A stretch of 64,000 nt of DNA from an uncultured Ectothiorhodospiraceae bacterium (GCA_937867305.1 CALMKJ010000022.1:23258-87257), one strand, 5' to 3'. Shown: positions 35,083 to 45,478, numbered from the stretch's first letter. Numbers and translations are program-made. The notes: generated by a model not told the origin, from the letters alone.

Positions 35083-36222
35083 GTGGCAGGCCTCTGGTTG
35101 CCCGTGGGTGGGCTCGAGGTCGATGACCCGGGCGAGGGCGACCTGCGCTGGCTCCTGAAGGGTGACTGGACCACCCGCGCGATCCCGGCGTTCGAGCCGG
35201 CGCCTCCCGCTCCCTCCCGCCGCCCCGTGCGGGTCACGGTCCATGCGGGGGGGCTCACCGCCCTCGACACCGGCGGGGCCCTCCTGCTGCAGCGGCTGGT
35301 GGACGGTCTCGGGGGGGCGGGCGTGCAGGTCGGCGTGACCGGGCTCGCCCCGGCCCACCAGCGCCTGCTGGAACTCGTGCGCTCGCGGTCTGCGGCCGCC
35401 GGGTCACCGGTGCCGCCTCCGGCCCCCGAGCCGCGCCTGGAGGCGCTGGGGCGCCAGGTCTGGCGACACCTCGCCGAGGGTTGGGCGTTGCTCGGCTTCA
35501 TCGGGGAGACCACCAGCGTGCTCGCCCGCGCCGCGGTCCGCCCGGCCCGCTTCCGGTGGCGGGCGCTCCTCGCGACGCTGCAGTCGGCCGGTGTGGAGGC
35601 CGTCCCCATCATCTCGCTGCTGGCCTTCCTGATCGGTGTCGTGGTCGCCTACCAGGGGGGCGTGCAGCTGCGCGCCTACGGGGCGAACGTCTACGTGGTC
35701 GACCTAGTGATCCTCATGGTGCTGCGGGAGCTCGCGCCGATGATTGCCGCGATCATCGTGGCCGGTCGCACCGGGTCGGCCTTCACCGCGCAGATCGGGT
35801 CCATGAAGGTCCACGAGGAGGTGGACGCCCTGCGCACCATCGGCATCGACCCCGTGGAACTGCTGGTGGCGCCCCGGGTCGTGGGGCTCGTCCTCGCCCT
35901 GCCGCTGCTCACCGTACTGGCCGGTCTGATGGGGGTGGCGGGCGGGATGGCCATGGCGGCGGGGCAGCTCGGGGTCGGCTTCCACGACTTCCTGCAGCGG
36001 GCGCCCCAGGCGGGCACCCTTTCCTCGTTCCTGGTGGGGATGAGCAAGGCACCCGTCTTCGCGGCCATCGTGGCTACCGTGGGGTGCTTCCAGGGCTTTC
36101 GCGTCGGCATGGGGGCCGACAGCGTGGGACGGCACACGACGATGAGCGTCGTGCAGGCCATCTTCCTCATCATCGTGGCCGATGCGGCCTTTTCGGTCCT
36201 GTTCGGCTGGATGGGCGTCTGA
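35083..36222 (+). CDS. MlaE-family ABC permease with N-terminal STAS-like domain
   Basis: LDTGGALLL, LRELAP, AGRTGSAFTAQIGSMKVHEEVDAL, VGRHTT. Confidence 0.92.
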   Translation: MAGLWLPVGGLEVDDPGEGDLRWLLKGDWTTRAIPAFEPAPPAPSRRPVRVTVHAGGLTALDTGGALLLQRLVDGLGGAGVQVGVTGLAPAHQRLLELVRSRSAAAGSPVPPPAPEPRLEALGRQVWRHLAEGWALLGFIGETTSVLARAAVRPARFRWRALLATLQSAGVEAVPIISLLAFLIGVVVAYQGGVQLRAYGANVYVVDLVILMVLRELAPMIAAIIVAGRTGSAFTAQIGSMKVHEEVDALRTIGIDPVELLVAPRVVGLVLALPLLTVLAGLMGVAGGMAMAAGQLGVGFHDFLQRAPQAGTLSSFLVGMSKAPVFAAIVATVGCFQGFRVGMGADSVGRHTTMSVVQAIFLIIVADAAFSVLFGWMGV

Positions 36223-37008
36223 GTGGGCGGGGAGCGCGAGGCCGTCGTCGAGGTCCGCGGGCTCACCACCCGGCTGGACGGTGTCACCGTGCACGAGGCC
36301 CTCGACCTGGACGTGCGCCGGGGTGAAGTGCTCGCGATCGTCGGCGGCAGCGGCACGGGTAAGACCACCCTGCTGCGGGCGATGGTCATGCTGCTGCGCC
36401 CGGCGGCGGGGACCGTGCGCCTGCTCGGCGAGGACGTGAGGGATGCGTCACCGGCCGAGGCGTCCCGGCTGCGCGAGCGCATCGGGGTCACCTTCCAGCA
36501 GGGGGCCCTGTTCAGCTCCCTGAGCGTGCTGGAAAATGTGGCCCTGCCGCTGCGCGAGCACACGGCGCTGCCTGCGGCCCTGGTGCAGGACGTCGCCCGG
36601 CTCAAGCTCTCGCTGGCCGGCCTCCCGGCCTCGGCCGCCGACAAGCAGCCGGGGGAGCTGAGCGGTGGAATGACGAAGAGGGCCGCGGTTGCCCGCGCCC
36701 TGGCGCTCGACCCCGAGATCCTGTTTCTCGACGAGCCCACGGCGGGCCTCGACCCGGACAGCGCGTCGGCCTTCGACGAACTGGTGCTGGAGTTGCGTGA
36801 CTCGCTCGGCCTCACGGTGGTGATGGTCACCCACGACCTGGACACGCTCTGGCGCACCGCCGACCGGGTCGCGTTCCTGGGGGAGCGGCGCGTGCTCGCG
36901 CTCGACACGATGCGGGGCCTCTGCAGCCTGGGACACCCGCTGGTGAAGTCCTTCTTCGACGGCCCGCGCGGTCGCGCGGCGAGGGAGTGCGCGTGGAAGA
37001 GCGGGTAA
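36223..37008 (+). CDS. MlaF-like ABC ATPase
   Basis: GGSGTGKT, FQQGALF, LSGGM.KR, DEPTAGLD. Confidence 0.95.
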   Translation: MGGEREAVVEVRGLTTRLDGVTVHEALDLDVRRGEVLAIVGGSGTGKTTLLRAMVMLLRPAAGTVRLLGEDVRDASPAEASRLRERIGVTFQQGALFSSLSVLENVALPLREHTALPAALVQDVARLKLSLAGLPASAADKQPGELSGGMTKRAAVARALALDPEILFLDEPTAGLDPDSASAFDELVLELRDSLGLTVVMVTHDLDTLWRTADRVAFLGERRVLALDTMRGLCSLGHPLVKSFFDGPRGRAARECAWKSG

Positions 37009-37937
37009 ACTACGCCCTGATCGGGCTCTTCGTCGTGGTGCTGAGCGCGGTGTTCGTGGGGGTGGTCACCTGGCTTGCCGCCGCGGGCGGCGAGAAGACC
37101 TACGACACCTACGCCGCCTACACGGCGGAGTCGGTTTCCGGCCTGAGCCCGAAGGCGGCGGTGAAGTATCGGGGTGTCGACGTGGGCAGGGTCCGGGAGA
37201 TCGCGCTCGATCGGGACAACCCGGAGCGCGTGCGCCTGCTGCTCGAGATCGAGCGCGGCGCCCCGATCAAGGTGGATACGGTGGCCGTGCTCGCCACCCA
37301 GGGCGTGACCGGCCTGGCGTTCGTGGACCTGACGGGGGGGAGCCGCGAGGCCGAGGCGCTGGTGGCCCCGCCGGGACAGGAGTACCCGGAGATCCGGACC
37401 GGACCCTCCCTGATGATGCGGATCGACACGGCCGCCACGACCCTGTTGACCCAGTTGGGGCAGGTCGCGGGGGACCTCTCGAGGGTCACGGACCGGATGA
37501 CGTCCCTCCTGGACCCCGGGACCGTGGCCTCCGCCGGCGGCACCCTGCGCCACCTGGAACAGGTGACGGGGGCCGTGGCGGAGCGGGTGGGTGACCTGGG
37601 GGAGGGGATCCGCGAGGGGCGGGTGATGCTCTCGAACTGGGCCAGGGCCAGTGAGGACCTTCCCGCGCTGATCGGGAGCCTCAAGGACGGCGCCGCTTCC
37701 GTGCACGAGGCCCTGGGGGGGGTGAACCGCGCCGCGGCGGGGATCGACCGGATGGTCGCGGACACCCGCAAAGACCTGGTGCGGGCCTCCACGGACACGC
37801 TGGCCCAGCTCGAGGCGTTGCTGGTGGAACTGAAGCAGCTGACCCGCACGTTCCAGCGCCTGGGGGCCGACATCGAGCGCGACCCGAATCTTCTGCTGTT
37901 CGGGCGCAGGGGACGGGAGAAGGGACCGGGGGAGTGA
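36993..37937 (+). CDS. MlaD/MCE domain protein with helical extension
   Basis: N-terminal TM, SVSGL...AVKYRGVDVGRV, QGVTG, C-terminal ERDPNLLLFG. Confidence 0.92.
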   Translation: MEERVNYALIGLFVVVLSAVFVGVVTWLAAAGGEKTYDTYAAYTAESVSGLSPKAAVKYRGVDVGRVREIALDRDNPERVRLLLEIERGAPIKVDTVAVLATQGVTGLAFVDLTGGSREAEALVAPPGQEYPEIRTGPSLMMRIDTAATTLLTQLGQVAGDLSRVTDRMTSLLDPGTVASAGGTLRHLEQVTGAVAERVGDLGEGIREGRVMLSNWARASEDLPALIGSLKDGAASVHEALGGVNRAAAGIDRMVADTRKDLVRASTDTLAQLEALLVELKQLTRTFQRLGADIERDPNLLLFGRRGREKGPGE

Positions 37938-38602
37938 TACCGATGGGATGGTTGCTGAGCTCGGCGCCCGTCGCTCGGGGCCGGTACAGGGCGGTCGGCC
38001 TGGGGGCGCTCGTCCTGGCCGCCGCAGGGCTCGCCGGCTGCGCCTCGGGCGGGCCGCTCGCGCAGGACAGCCTGCAGACGCACGTGCTCTCGGTGCCCGC
38101 GGCGCCGCGGTCGGCACCGGCCTCCAGCGGACCCGTTCTGCTCGTCTCGCCTCCGGCGGCGCGCGCCGGGCTCGACTCCCGGCGTATCGCCTACATCCAG
38201 CGGCCCTTCGAGCTGAGCTACTTCGCCCGCAGCGAGTGGGCCGACACGCCAGCCCGCATGCTGCAGCCGCTGCTGGTGCAGTCGCTCGAGGGAAGCGGGG
38301 CGTTCCAGGCCGTGGTGGCGGGTCCGAGCCCCGTGGCGGCGGACCTGCGGCTCGAGACCGAGGTCCTCGCACTCCACCAGGAGTTCCTCTCGACACCGAG
38401 CGTCGCCCGGGTCGCCCTGCGGGCCCAGGCGGTCGACCCTACCTCGCGCCGGGTGGTGGCGACCGAGACCTTCGAGGCCACGGAGCCGGCCGATTCCGCC
38501 GACCCCTATGGTGGGGTGGTCGCCACGAACCGGGCGCTCGGCCGGGTGCTCGCCGACCTCACGGCCTTCGCGTCCCGACTCGGGCGGGGCCCGGCGCGCT
38601 GA
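37934..38602 (+). CDS. PqiC-like ABC auxiliary lipoprotein
   Basis: lipobox LAGC, LDSRRIAY, YF..SEWADTPARML; start may be slightly downstream. Confidence 0.88.
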   Translation: MIPMGWLLSSAPVARGRYRAVGLGALVLAAAGLAGCASGGPLAQDSLQTHVLSVPAAPRSAPASSGPVLLVSPPAARAGLDSRRIAYIQRPFELSYFARSEWADTPARMLQPLLVQSLEGSGAFQAVVAGPSPVAADLRLETEVLALHQEFLSTPSVARVALRAQAVDPTSRRVVATETFEATEPADSADPYGGVVATNRALGRVLADLTAFASRLGRGPAR

Positions 38603-38613
38603 ACGCCTCACAC

Positions 38614-39981
38614 CTAGGTCTGCGTCCGGAGCCGGGAGAGGATCTCGGTGCGGGCGGAGTTGAGGAGCGAGTCCCGGTCCAGGGTGTCGAGGATCTCCTG
38701 CACCGCGCGCTTCGGGCCGAGCTCGCCCCAGGACCGGCCCTGCTGGAAGTAGCGCTGGGCGGCCCGGCCGACCACGTAGGTGGCGAAGTAGGCGACGGCA
38801 CCCTGGGCCGTCCCCGTCACGAGTGTCGATAGCCCGAAGGTTCCCCCCTTCAGCAGGGAGGACACCAGGTTGACGCCCCACACCGTCCCCAGCACGAGCC
38901 CCATCTGGGCGCCGATGGTGCGCACCAGCGCCCCTGCCTCGTTGTGGGTGACCGGCAGTCCGTAGACCCGGGACAGGTGCCAGACGAGGCTCACGTCCAC
39001 CGCGACGGCCGCCATCAGGTCGGAGATCGGCACGGGGTTGAGACCGACGAGCACGCCTTTGGCCAGGCTCCAGTTGCGCAGGATGCGCTCGGCCAGGTCC
39101 CGCTGGGCGTCCACCGCTCGCCGGGCGAGGGTGTCGCTCAGCTTTCCGGCGAACAGGGTCGCGTTGAGGGCGGCGAGCGTCTTGCCCTCCCGCTCCAGGA
39201 TGGTCCAGAGCCGGTCGCGCAGGTCCTGCACCTCCTTGGGCGGGGTCCGCTGGGTCTCCCTCTCGTTGCCCTGCGCGTCCACCTCCAGGTAGACCCTGGG
39301 CGCAGGCGCGGCGGCCGAGGTGACGATGTTCGCGGCGGGCACGATGCCCGCCGTTCGCCGCGCGAGCGACTCGATCACGAGGGCGCGGTCGGCCCGGGTG
39401 TAGCGGTCGGCCTTGTTGAATACGAGCAGCATCGGCCGGGACTCGGCCGCGATACGCCGCAGGGCGGCAATCTCGGGCTGGGTGATGTCACCGTCCACCA
39501 CGAAGAGCACCAGGTCCGCGCGCCCCGCCACCTCGTGCGCCAGCCGCTCCCGGGCCTCGCCGTCCACCTCGTTGATGCCGGGGGTGTCGATGAGATAGAC
39601 CCCCCCACCGCCCGACTCGGTCCGCCAGTGGGCCATGCGGGCGTCCTTCGTCTCCCCGTGCAGCGGGCTCGTCGCGAAGCGTGGCTCCCCGAGCAGCGCG
39701 TTCAGGAGCGCGGACTTGCCGACGCCGACCCGGCCGAAGACCGCGATGTGGATCTGGCCGTGCTCGAGCTTGTCGAGCATCGCCTGGACCCGGGCGAATT
39801 CGCCCGACAGCGCCCGGCGCACGGGCGCCGGGACGTCGGTGTCGCTCACCAGGGCGCGCAGGGAATCGCGCGCCCGCTCCAGGTGCTCGTCGCCGGCCTC
39901 AGGAGCGCGTGGAGCGCGTGAGGCGGACTTCGGCCAGAGCGAGCTTCGCCAGGCGACGAGCGCGTCCTTCCACGTCTTCAC
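38614..39981 (-). CDS. Era-like GTPase with C-terminal DUF697/YcjF-like domain
   Basis: GRVGVGKS, IDTPG, NKAD; NPVPISD..LSRVYG C-terminal domain; start uncertain. Confidence 0.85.
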   Translation of the reverse strand: MKTWKDALVAWRSSLWPKSASRAPRAPEAGDEHLERARDSLRALVSDTDVPAPVRRALSGEFARVQAMLDKLEHGQIHIAVFGRVGVGKSALLNALLGEPRFATSPLHGETKDARMAHWRTESGGGGVYLIDTPGINEVDGEARERLAHEVAGRADLVLFVVDGDITQPEIAALRRIAAESRPMLLVFNKADRYTRADRALVIESLARRTAGIVPAANIVTSAAAPAPRVYLEVDAQGNERETQRTPPKEVQDLRDRLWTILEREGKTLAALNATLFAGKLSDTLARRAVDAQRDLAERILRNWSLAKGVLVGLNPVPISDLMAAVAVDVSLVWHLSRVYGLPVTHNEAGALVRTIGAQMGLVLGTVWGVNLVSSLLKGGTFGLSTLVTGTAQGAVAYFATYVVGRAAQRYFQQGRSWGELGPKRAVQEILDTLDRDSLLNSARTEILSRLRTQT

Positions 39982-41407
39982 TCAACCTCTCCTCGAACGT
40001 CTTCAGGGCGACCTGCTCGGGCAGGGTGCCCCGTGAGGCCAGGGTGTCGGCCACGGCCCGCCCCAGGCTGTCGAACAGTAATCCGTAGGCGACCGCGTGA
40101 ACCAGGCCGCCCGTGAGGGTGCCCACCCCCGGGAAGGCCTTCAGGGCGTTGCCGGCGACTGCGAGCAGGACCGGGACTGTTTTGTTCACCCGCCCGCTGG
40201 CGTTCAGCAGAAAGCGCTCCACGTCCACCTTCGAGAGAGGGACCTCGTAGATGTCCGCGAGGCCCCGCAGCATCTGAAAGCCCAGGTAACCCTGGATGAC
40301 CACGTCGGTTCCCGGGCTCACGGCCGCCATCGCGCCGAGAATCGCCTTGCGGGTCGAGCTCGACACGACCTCGAGGGCGCGCGTGCGTCGGTGGGTGGCG
40401 AGCGACTCGTCGAGCTTGCGCGACGCCAGGACGAACACCGCGGCGTCGCGCAGCCCGTCCAGCACCTTCCGGTCCCCGTCGATGCGCCGCTGGATCGCCT
40501 GCGCCAGCTCTTCCGTTCGGGGCGGGATGACACGGGTCACGACGTCCTCGCGGCCGTCGCTGTGCATCCGGACGAGCTCCCGCTCGGCCCCGGCGCTCAC
40601 CGAGACGACGTCGACCCGGCTTCCGCCGGCCACCCTCGCCGCCAGCCGCGCGCGCAGGGTCTCCTGGTCCTGGGCGCTCATCAGGTCGCTCTTGCCGAGC
40701 GCCAGGACGACCGGTTTGCCGAGGGCCAGCACCTCGTGCAGGGCAGTCAGCTGGTCCCGGGTCAGGTCGCCCTCGATGAGATACACGACGAGGTGCGCCC
40801 GCAGGGCCTCTTCCCTGGCGACCGTGTCGAGGGTCCCGTCGGCCTCCAGGAGCCCGGGGAGGTCGCTGATCACCAGGCGGTCTCCCGCGGGGCTCTCCCA
40901 GGTGTACCGGGTGATCTCCCGGGTGGTACCTCCCACCGGGCTCACCGCCGCGGTGGCCCCGGGCAGCAGGGCACGGACCAGGGAGCTCTTCCCCGTGCTG
41001 ACGGGGCCGAGCAGCGCCACGTGGATCTGTCCCGCCTCGCGCCGGGCGGCCAGCTCCTCGAGCTCCTGGCGCGCCTCCTCGGCCTCCGCCACGGCGCCCT
41101 TCGAGACTGCGCGCTCGATCCGGGCCCGGATCTCGGCCTCGGTCGGCGCGGGCGGCGATTCGGCCTCGCGTCGCGCGCGGCGGCGCCGGCGGGGGGTCAG
41201 CACGCGCCAGATGAGGCGGGCGCCGAATCCCGTGAGCAGGGCCAGCCCGAGCGCGTAGAGTGCGACGAACCAGACCGGTGACTGCCGCAGGTGGTCCCAG
41301 ACCTGGAAGGCGATGCTGGTCGCGTAGAGCACGACGAGCAGCAGCAATGCGAGACCGAGCGAGAGCCCGACGGCGATGAGCAGGCGCAGGGGCAGGGAGG
41401 ATCGCAT
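39899..41407 (-). CDS. membrane-anchored Era-like GTPase with DUF697-like C-terminus
   Basis: two N-terminal TMs, GPVSTGKS, GTT, DLPG, GKSD; LADIYE...KAFPGVGTLTGG. Confidence 0.85.
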   Translation of the reverse strand: MRSSLPLRLLIAVGLSLGLALLLLVVLYATSIAFQVWDHLRQSPVWFVALYALGLALLTGFGARLIWRVLTPRRRRRARREAESPPAPTEAEIRARIERAVSKGAVAEAEEARQELEELAARREAGQIHVALLGPVSTGKSSLVRALLPGATAAVSPVGGTTREITRYTWESPAGDRLVISDLPGLLEADGTLDTVAREEALRAHLVVYLIEGDLTRDQLTALHEVLALGKPVVLALGKSDLMSAQDQETLRARLAARVAGGSRVDVVSVSAGAERELVRMHSDGREDVVTRVIPPRTEELAQAIQRRIDGDRKVLDGLRDAAVFVLASRKLDESLATHRRTRALEVVSSSTRKAILGAMAAVSPGTDVVIQGYLGFQMLRGLADIYEVPLSKVDVERFLLNASGRVNKTVPVLLAVAGNALKAFPGVGTLTGGLVHAVAYGLLFDSLGRAVADTLASRGTLPEQVALKTFEERLSEDVEGRARRLAKLALAEVRLTRSTRS

Positions 41408-41515
41408 GGTGGCCGGTGTTGCCTCGTTGGGGCCATCATAGTCGGCATCGTGGCCGCCGACGACAGGGGCGTTGCGGTCGGCGCGGCTCGCTCCACTTCT
41501 CGACTCGAGGCGACC

Positions 41516-42034
41516 ATGCGTAGAGAACTGATCCTGCTGCGCCACGCCAAGTCCGATTGGGCGGTTGCGGGTGAGGCCGACTTCGACCGGCCGCTCACCG
41601 ACGGGGGCAAGAAGGAGGCGCCCAGGGTCGGGAAGTGGCTGCGCCGCCGGGGGCTCGCACCGGACCTCGTGGTCAGTTCGCCGGCGAAGCGCGCCCGCCA
41701 GACCACCCGGCGGGTGTGCGAAGGGCTCGGTTACGACGCCGGGCTCGTGGTCTGGGATCCGCAGGTCTACGGAGCCGAGCCGGACACCCTGTTGGAGATC
41801 CTGGGCGCCTGCCCGGGCACTGCCCGCCGCGTGCTGCTGGTCGGCCACAACCCCGGCCTCGAGAGGCTGCTCGCCTACCTCTGGGGGGCGGGATGCGTGG
41901 TGCCTGCGGACGGCAAGCTTCTGCCGACTGCCACGGTGGCCTGGTTGGAGCTTCCCGAGGACTGGTCGGCGCTGGCCCGCGGGAGCGGTGTGCTGCGCGG
42001 GCTGACCCGGCCTGGGGAGATGGCGGACGACTAG
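41516..42034 (+). CDS. sixA: SixA-family histidine phosphatase
   Basis: LLRHAKSDW, DFDRPL, SSPAKRARQT, LVGHNP. Confidence 0.9.
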   Translation: MRRELILLRHAKSDWAVAGEADFDRPLTDGGKKEAPRVGKWLRRRGLAPDLVVSSPAKRARQTTRRVCEGLGYDAGLVVWDPQVYGAEPDTLLEILGACPGTARRVLLVGHNPGLERLLAYLWGAGCVVPADGKLLPTATVAWLELPEDWSALARGSGVLRGLTRPGEMADD

Positions 42035-43659
42035 CCTGGCGATGTCCCGCCCGCCCGTGCGCGACCTGCGTCGGCCACTTCCTGGACGCCGTTGCGCCGG
42101 CGGAAGGTCTGGCGAAAGGCGCGGACCGTTTCCGGTGCGGAGAATGCGTCGAAGCGCTCCGCGAACTCCAGCCGGACCTTGGTCTGGCGCTGGGCCAGGC
42201 CCGCGATCAACTGCCCCATGGCCGCCGCCGTCTCCGGCGCCAGAGTACCCTCCTTTGCCATCTGTCGCTCGAAGCGCCCCAGTTGCTCCTGCTGGACGTG
42301 CAGGTCCTGCATCTCCCCCAGGTTGTCCTGGAAGGTCTTCAGCGCCCGCACGGGGAGGTCCACGGCCTCGGGCGGGAACAGGCTGCGGAAGAATTCCATC
42401 AGGTAGCGGAGCTTCTTCCCGGCGATCCGGACCTCGTGCAGGTCGCCGGGGGGGGAGTCCCGGTGGATGGCCTCGCCCAGGTGCATCAGGTTCCGGTACG
42501 CGCGCCAGATGCGCTTGCGCGCTACCTTCCCGACCGGCCGCAGCGCCCATTTCGCCACCGGCCGCCGGGGCAGGGGGCGGCCGGCGAGGAGGCGCCAGCG
42601 CCTGGTCAGCCGCCGGAACCGGGCGGACTCGAGGCAGGCCGCCAGTTCCCCGTAGGCCCTGGTCTGACGGGCGGTGAGGAAGGTCCGGAAGGGCTCCAGA
42701 TGCGGTCGGACCCCGGCAGGCAGCCGCGCGGCGTAATCGTCGAAGGCGAGCAGGTAGACGTCCACGTCCCGGGCGGCACTGGTCGCGTGCCCGAGCCAGC
42801 CCAGATCGTCGCGCAGGACCGCGACCCGCCGGTCGGGGAAGACGCCGCGGACCTGCCCCAGGAGGGAACGGGCGCGGCGGACGGAGACCCGGAGGTCGTG
42901 CAGGAACTCGGTGTCGATGTGCTCCCGCACCCCCTTCTCGTTGGCGAGCATGGTTTCCAGCAGTTTGCGCAGGATGGCCTGCAGGGCGGCGTCGGTGCGC
43001 TGGTCGGCGGCGAGTCGGAAGGAAAGGCTGGGGTCGTAGTCGCCGGGGGGGTGGCCGGCGCGGGTCAGGGCCTCAGCCCGCAGCGCTGCTGTGGCCACTG
43101 CGAGACCCAGAGCGTCCCGGACGATGGTCTCGGCGGCGGTCAGGGCCTCAGGGCAGCCCCGCACCGGCAGCAGACGCAACCGCCGGGGCCCGAAGCCTGG
43201 CCGGCGACCGGCGCGGCGCAGGTGCAGCGCCTCGATGCCGATGCGCAAGACGGTCTTGCCCTCCGGGTCCGTCGCGTCGAGGGTGGTCCTGGCTCCCGAC
43301 AACCGCACCAGCGGCAGCAGCGCGCGGACCCCGAGCCGCGGGCCGAGCGTGTCGCGCAGGTGTCCCGGTGGCAGGTCGCGGGCGAAGCGGGGCAGGCCCT
43401 TCACCGGGGTGCTCGCGCGCACCTGCGACTCGTCGGCGGAGCGCCAGGTCAGGCGGTCGGTCCGGCCGGTGCTCTCCAGCTCGAGCCAGCCCCCGTCCTC
43501 GAAAACCCGCCAGTCGAAGGTGTCGAGAAGCACCAGGCTCAGCTCGTGGGCGGATTCCTCGCGCAGAGGCCAGGGCAGGTGGTGACGCAGCCGCGCGACC
43601 AGGGTCGCGGTGTCCAGGCCGTCGGGAAGCAGGAACTGCGGGGCTGCGGTGGTCGTCAC
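42031..43659 (-). CDS. CHAD domain protein with degenerate CYTH-like N-terminus
   Basis: LDTFDWR, EFLHDLRVSVRRARS, RDVDV, LHEVRIAGKKLRY, QDNLGEMQD. Confidence 0.9.
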   Translation of the reverse strand: MTTTAAPQFLLPDGLDTATLVARLRHHLPWPLREESAHELSLVLLDTFDWRVFEDGGWLELESTGRTDRLTWRSADESQVRASTPVKGLPRFARDLPPGHLRDTLGPRLGVRALLPLVRLSGARTTLDATDPEGKTVLRIGIEALHLRRAGRRPGFGPRRLRLLPVRGCPEALTAAETIVRDALGLAVATAALRAEALTRAGHPPGDYDPSLSFRLAADQRTDAALQAILRKLLETMLANEKGVREHIDTEFLHDLRVSVRRARSLLGQVRGVFPDRRVAVLRDDLGWLGHATSAARDVDVYLLAFDDYAARLPAGVRPHLEPFRTFLTARQTRAYGELAACLESARFRRLTRRWRLLAGRPLPRRPVAKWALRPVGKVARKRIWRAYRNLMHLGEAIHRDSPPGDLHEVRIAGKKLRYLMEFFRSLFPPEAVDLPVRALKTFQDNLGEMQDLHVQQEQLGRFERQMAKEGTLAPETAAAMGQLIAGLAQRQTKVRLEFAERFDAFSAPETVRAFRQTFRRRNGVQEVADAGRARAGGTSPG

Positions 43660-43770
43660 GGTGGCGCGAAATCCCGCCCGGGTGCGCCGACGCGCAGGGG
43701 TCGGGGATGATGGCCCCGGCCAACGCGCACGCCCGCCGGGGCGCGCGGCGGGGCTCGTCGATGGCGTCGC

Positions 43771-44094
43771 CTAGCGCTGCAGATATTGCAGCTTGCCCTT
43801 CTTGCCCGCCCACTCGGCGGCGTCGGGCAGCGGCTCCTTCTTCTCGGTGATTGTGGGCCAGACCTTGGCCAGCTCGGCATTCAGGGCGATGAAGGCGCGC
43901 TGGTCGTCCGGGACGTCGTCTTCGGCGCGGATGGCCTCGGCGGGGCACTCCTGCTCGCAAAGACTGCAGTCGATGCACTCGTCCGGATCGATGACCAGGA
44001 AATTCGGGCCCTCGTGGAAGCAGTCGACGGGGCAGACATCGACGCAGTCCGTGTACTTGCACCGGATGCAGTTCTCGAGCACGACATAAGCCAT
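43771..44094 (-). CDS. fdxA: 7Fe ferredoxin FdxA
   Basis: [30 protein letters not shown]; 107 aa. Confidence 0.95.
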   Translation of the reverse strand: MAYVVLENCIRCKYTDCVDVCPVDCFHEGPNFLVIDPDECIDCSLCEQECPAEAIRAEDDVPDDQRAFIALNAELAKVWPTITEKKEPLPDAAEWAGKKGKLQYLQR

Positions 44095-44216
44095 GGCTGC
44101 CTTCCCCTTCGCTTGCGGAGGATGCGGGGATCTTAGTCCCGACCGGCCCGGCCTGGCGAGCCCCGGCGCAGTCTTTCGCCCCGGGCCGGGGGACTGGCGC
44201 AGCTCAGGCACACCGC

Positions 44217-44251
44217 CTGACACGAAGCTGTCACATTTCCGTGCCCATAAT
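44217..44251 (+). promoter_or_regulatory. PhoB box and -10 element of the pstS promoter
   Basis: CTGACAC-GAAG-CTGTCAC direct repeat with 11-bp period, then CATAAT 11 nt downstream. Confidence 0.8.
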
Positions 44252-44352
44252 GCCCCCGCTTCGAGAGGCCGTCCGTACCCCATCCACGGTGCCCGGGGGT
44301 GGCCGGGGCGGCACTCTACCCACGACCTCAAAGCGGATATCGGAGGCTTACC

Positions 44353-45405
44353 TTGAGCAAGACCGCTACCCTCATCGCGACCGCTGTTGCAGCCGTCCTC
44401 TGGGTCCCGGCGAGCCAGGCCCAGACCTCGCGTGACTACATCAACGTGGTCGGATCGTCCACCGTCTTCCCGTTCTCCACCACGGTGGCCGAGCGGTTCG
44501 GGAAAGGGTCGAAGTTCAAGACCCCGAAGGTCGAGTCCACTGGCTCGGGCGGGGGCATCAAGCTCTTCTGCGAGGGCGTCGGCGTGCAGTACCCGGACGT
44601 CACCAACTCCTCGCGGCGGATCAAGAAGGGGGAGGTGGAGACCTGTGCCAAGAACGGGGTGACCGAGGTCGTCGAGGTCAAGATCGGCTACGACGGCATC
44701 GTGGTCGCCAACTCCAAGAAGAACGCCCCCAGCAAGATCAGCCTGAAGGACATCTACCTCGCGCTGGCCAAGGACGTGCCGGACCCGAAGGGTGGCGACA
44801 AGATGGTCCGCAACCCCTACAGGACCTGGAAGGAGGTCAACCCCGAACTCGCGGACAGGAAGATCGAGGTGCTCGGCCCACCGCCGACCTCCGGTACCCG
44901 CGACGCCTTCGTGGAGCTCGCGATGGAGGGCGGCTGCAAGAAGGTCCCCGCCTGCGCGGCCCTGGAGAAGACCGACAAGAAGGCCTTCGAGGCCGCCTTC
45001 AAAGGCATCCGCGAGGACGGGGCCTTCATCGAGGCGGGTGAGAACGACAACCTGATCGTGCAGAAGCTGGAGGCCAATCCGAACGCCTACGGCGTGTTCG
45101 GGTACAGTTTCCTGGACCAGAACGCCGACAAGATCCAGGGTGCCGTGATCGACGGGGTGGCCCCGGACTACGAATCGATCTCCTCGGCCAGGTACCCCGT
45201 GGCCCGGTCCCTGTACTTCTACGTCAAGAAGGCCCACCTGGACGTGATCCCGGGGCTCCGGGAGTTCGTCGCCGAGTTCACCAGCGAGAAGGCCTCCGGT
45301 CCGGACGGCTACCTGGCCGACAAGGGCCTGATCTCGCTGCCGCCAGACCTGCGCGCTCAGGTCCGGGACGACGCCAGGGCCATGAAGCCTCTCGTCCTCG
45401 AGTGA
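44353..45405 (+). CDS. pstS: phosphate ABC transporter substrate-binding protein
   Basis: signal peptide, [35 protein letters not shown]; GGAGG + TTG start. Confidence 0.96.
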   Translation: MSKTATLIATAVAAVLWVPASQAQTSRDYINVVGSSTVFPFSTTVAERFGKGSKFKTPKVESTGSGGGIKLFCEGVGVQYPDVTNSSRRIKKGEVETCAKNGVTEVVEVKIGYDGIVVANSKKNAPSKISLKDIYLALAKDVPDPKGGDKMVRNPYRTWKEVNPELADRKIEVLGPPPTSGTRDAFVELAMEGGCKKVPACAALEKTDKKAFEAAFKGIREDGAFIEAGENDNLIVQKLEANPNAYGVFGYSFLDQNADKIQGAVIDGVAPDYESISSARYPVARSLYFYVKKAHLDVIPGLREFVAEFTSEKASGPDGYLADKGLISLPPDLRAQVRDDARAMKPLVLE

Positions 45406-45409
45406 GCCC

Positions 45410-45443
45410 GCGGGGCGGGTCGGCCTGGTGCCGGCCCGCCCGC
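45410..45443 (+). other. stem-loop between pstS and pstC (possible mRNA stabiliser)
   Basis: GGGCGGGTCGGC / GCCGGCCCGCCC inverted repeat just after the pstS stop. Confidence 0.55.
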
Positions 45444-45478
45444 ACACCGCGCCAATCCCGAGCGCACGGAGCCACCCC

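Noticed and set aside
35077-36225. In-frame TGA junctions mlaC-mlaE and mlaE-mlaF suggesting readthrough or selenocysteine fusion
   Set aside because: Each ORF is a complete family member; a periplasmic MlaC fused to a cytoplasmic STAS domain is topologically implausible; no SECIS-like element recognised
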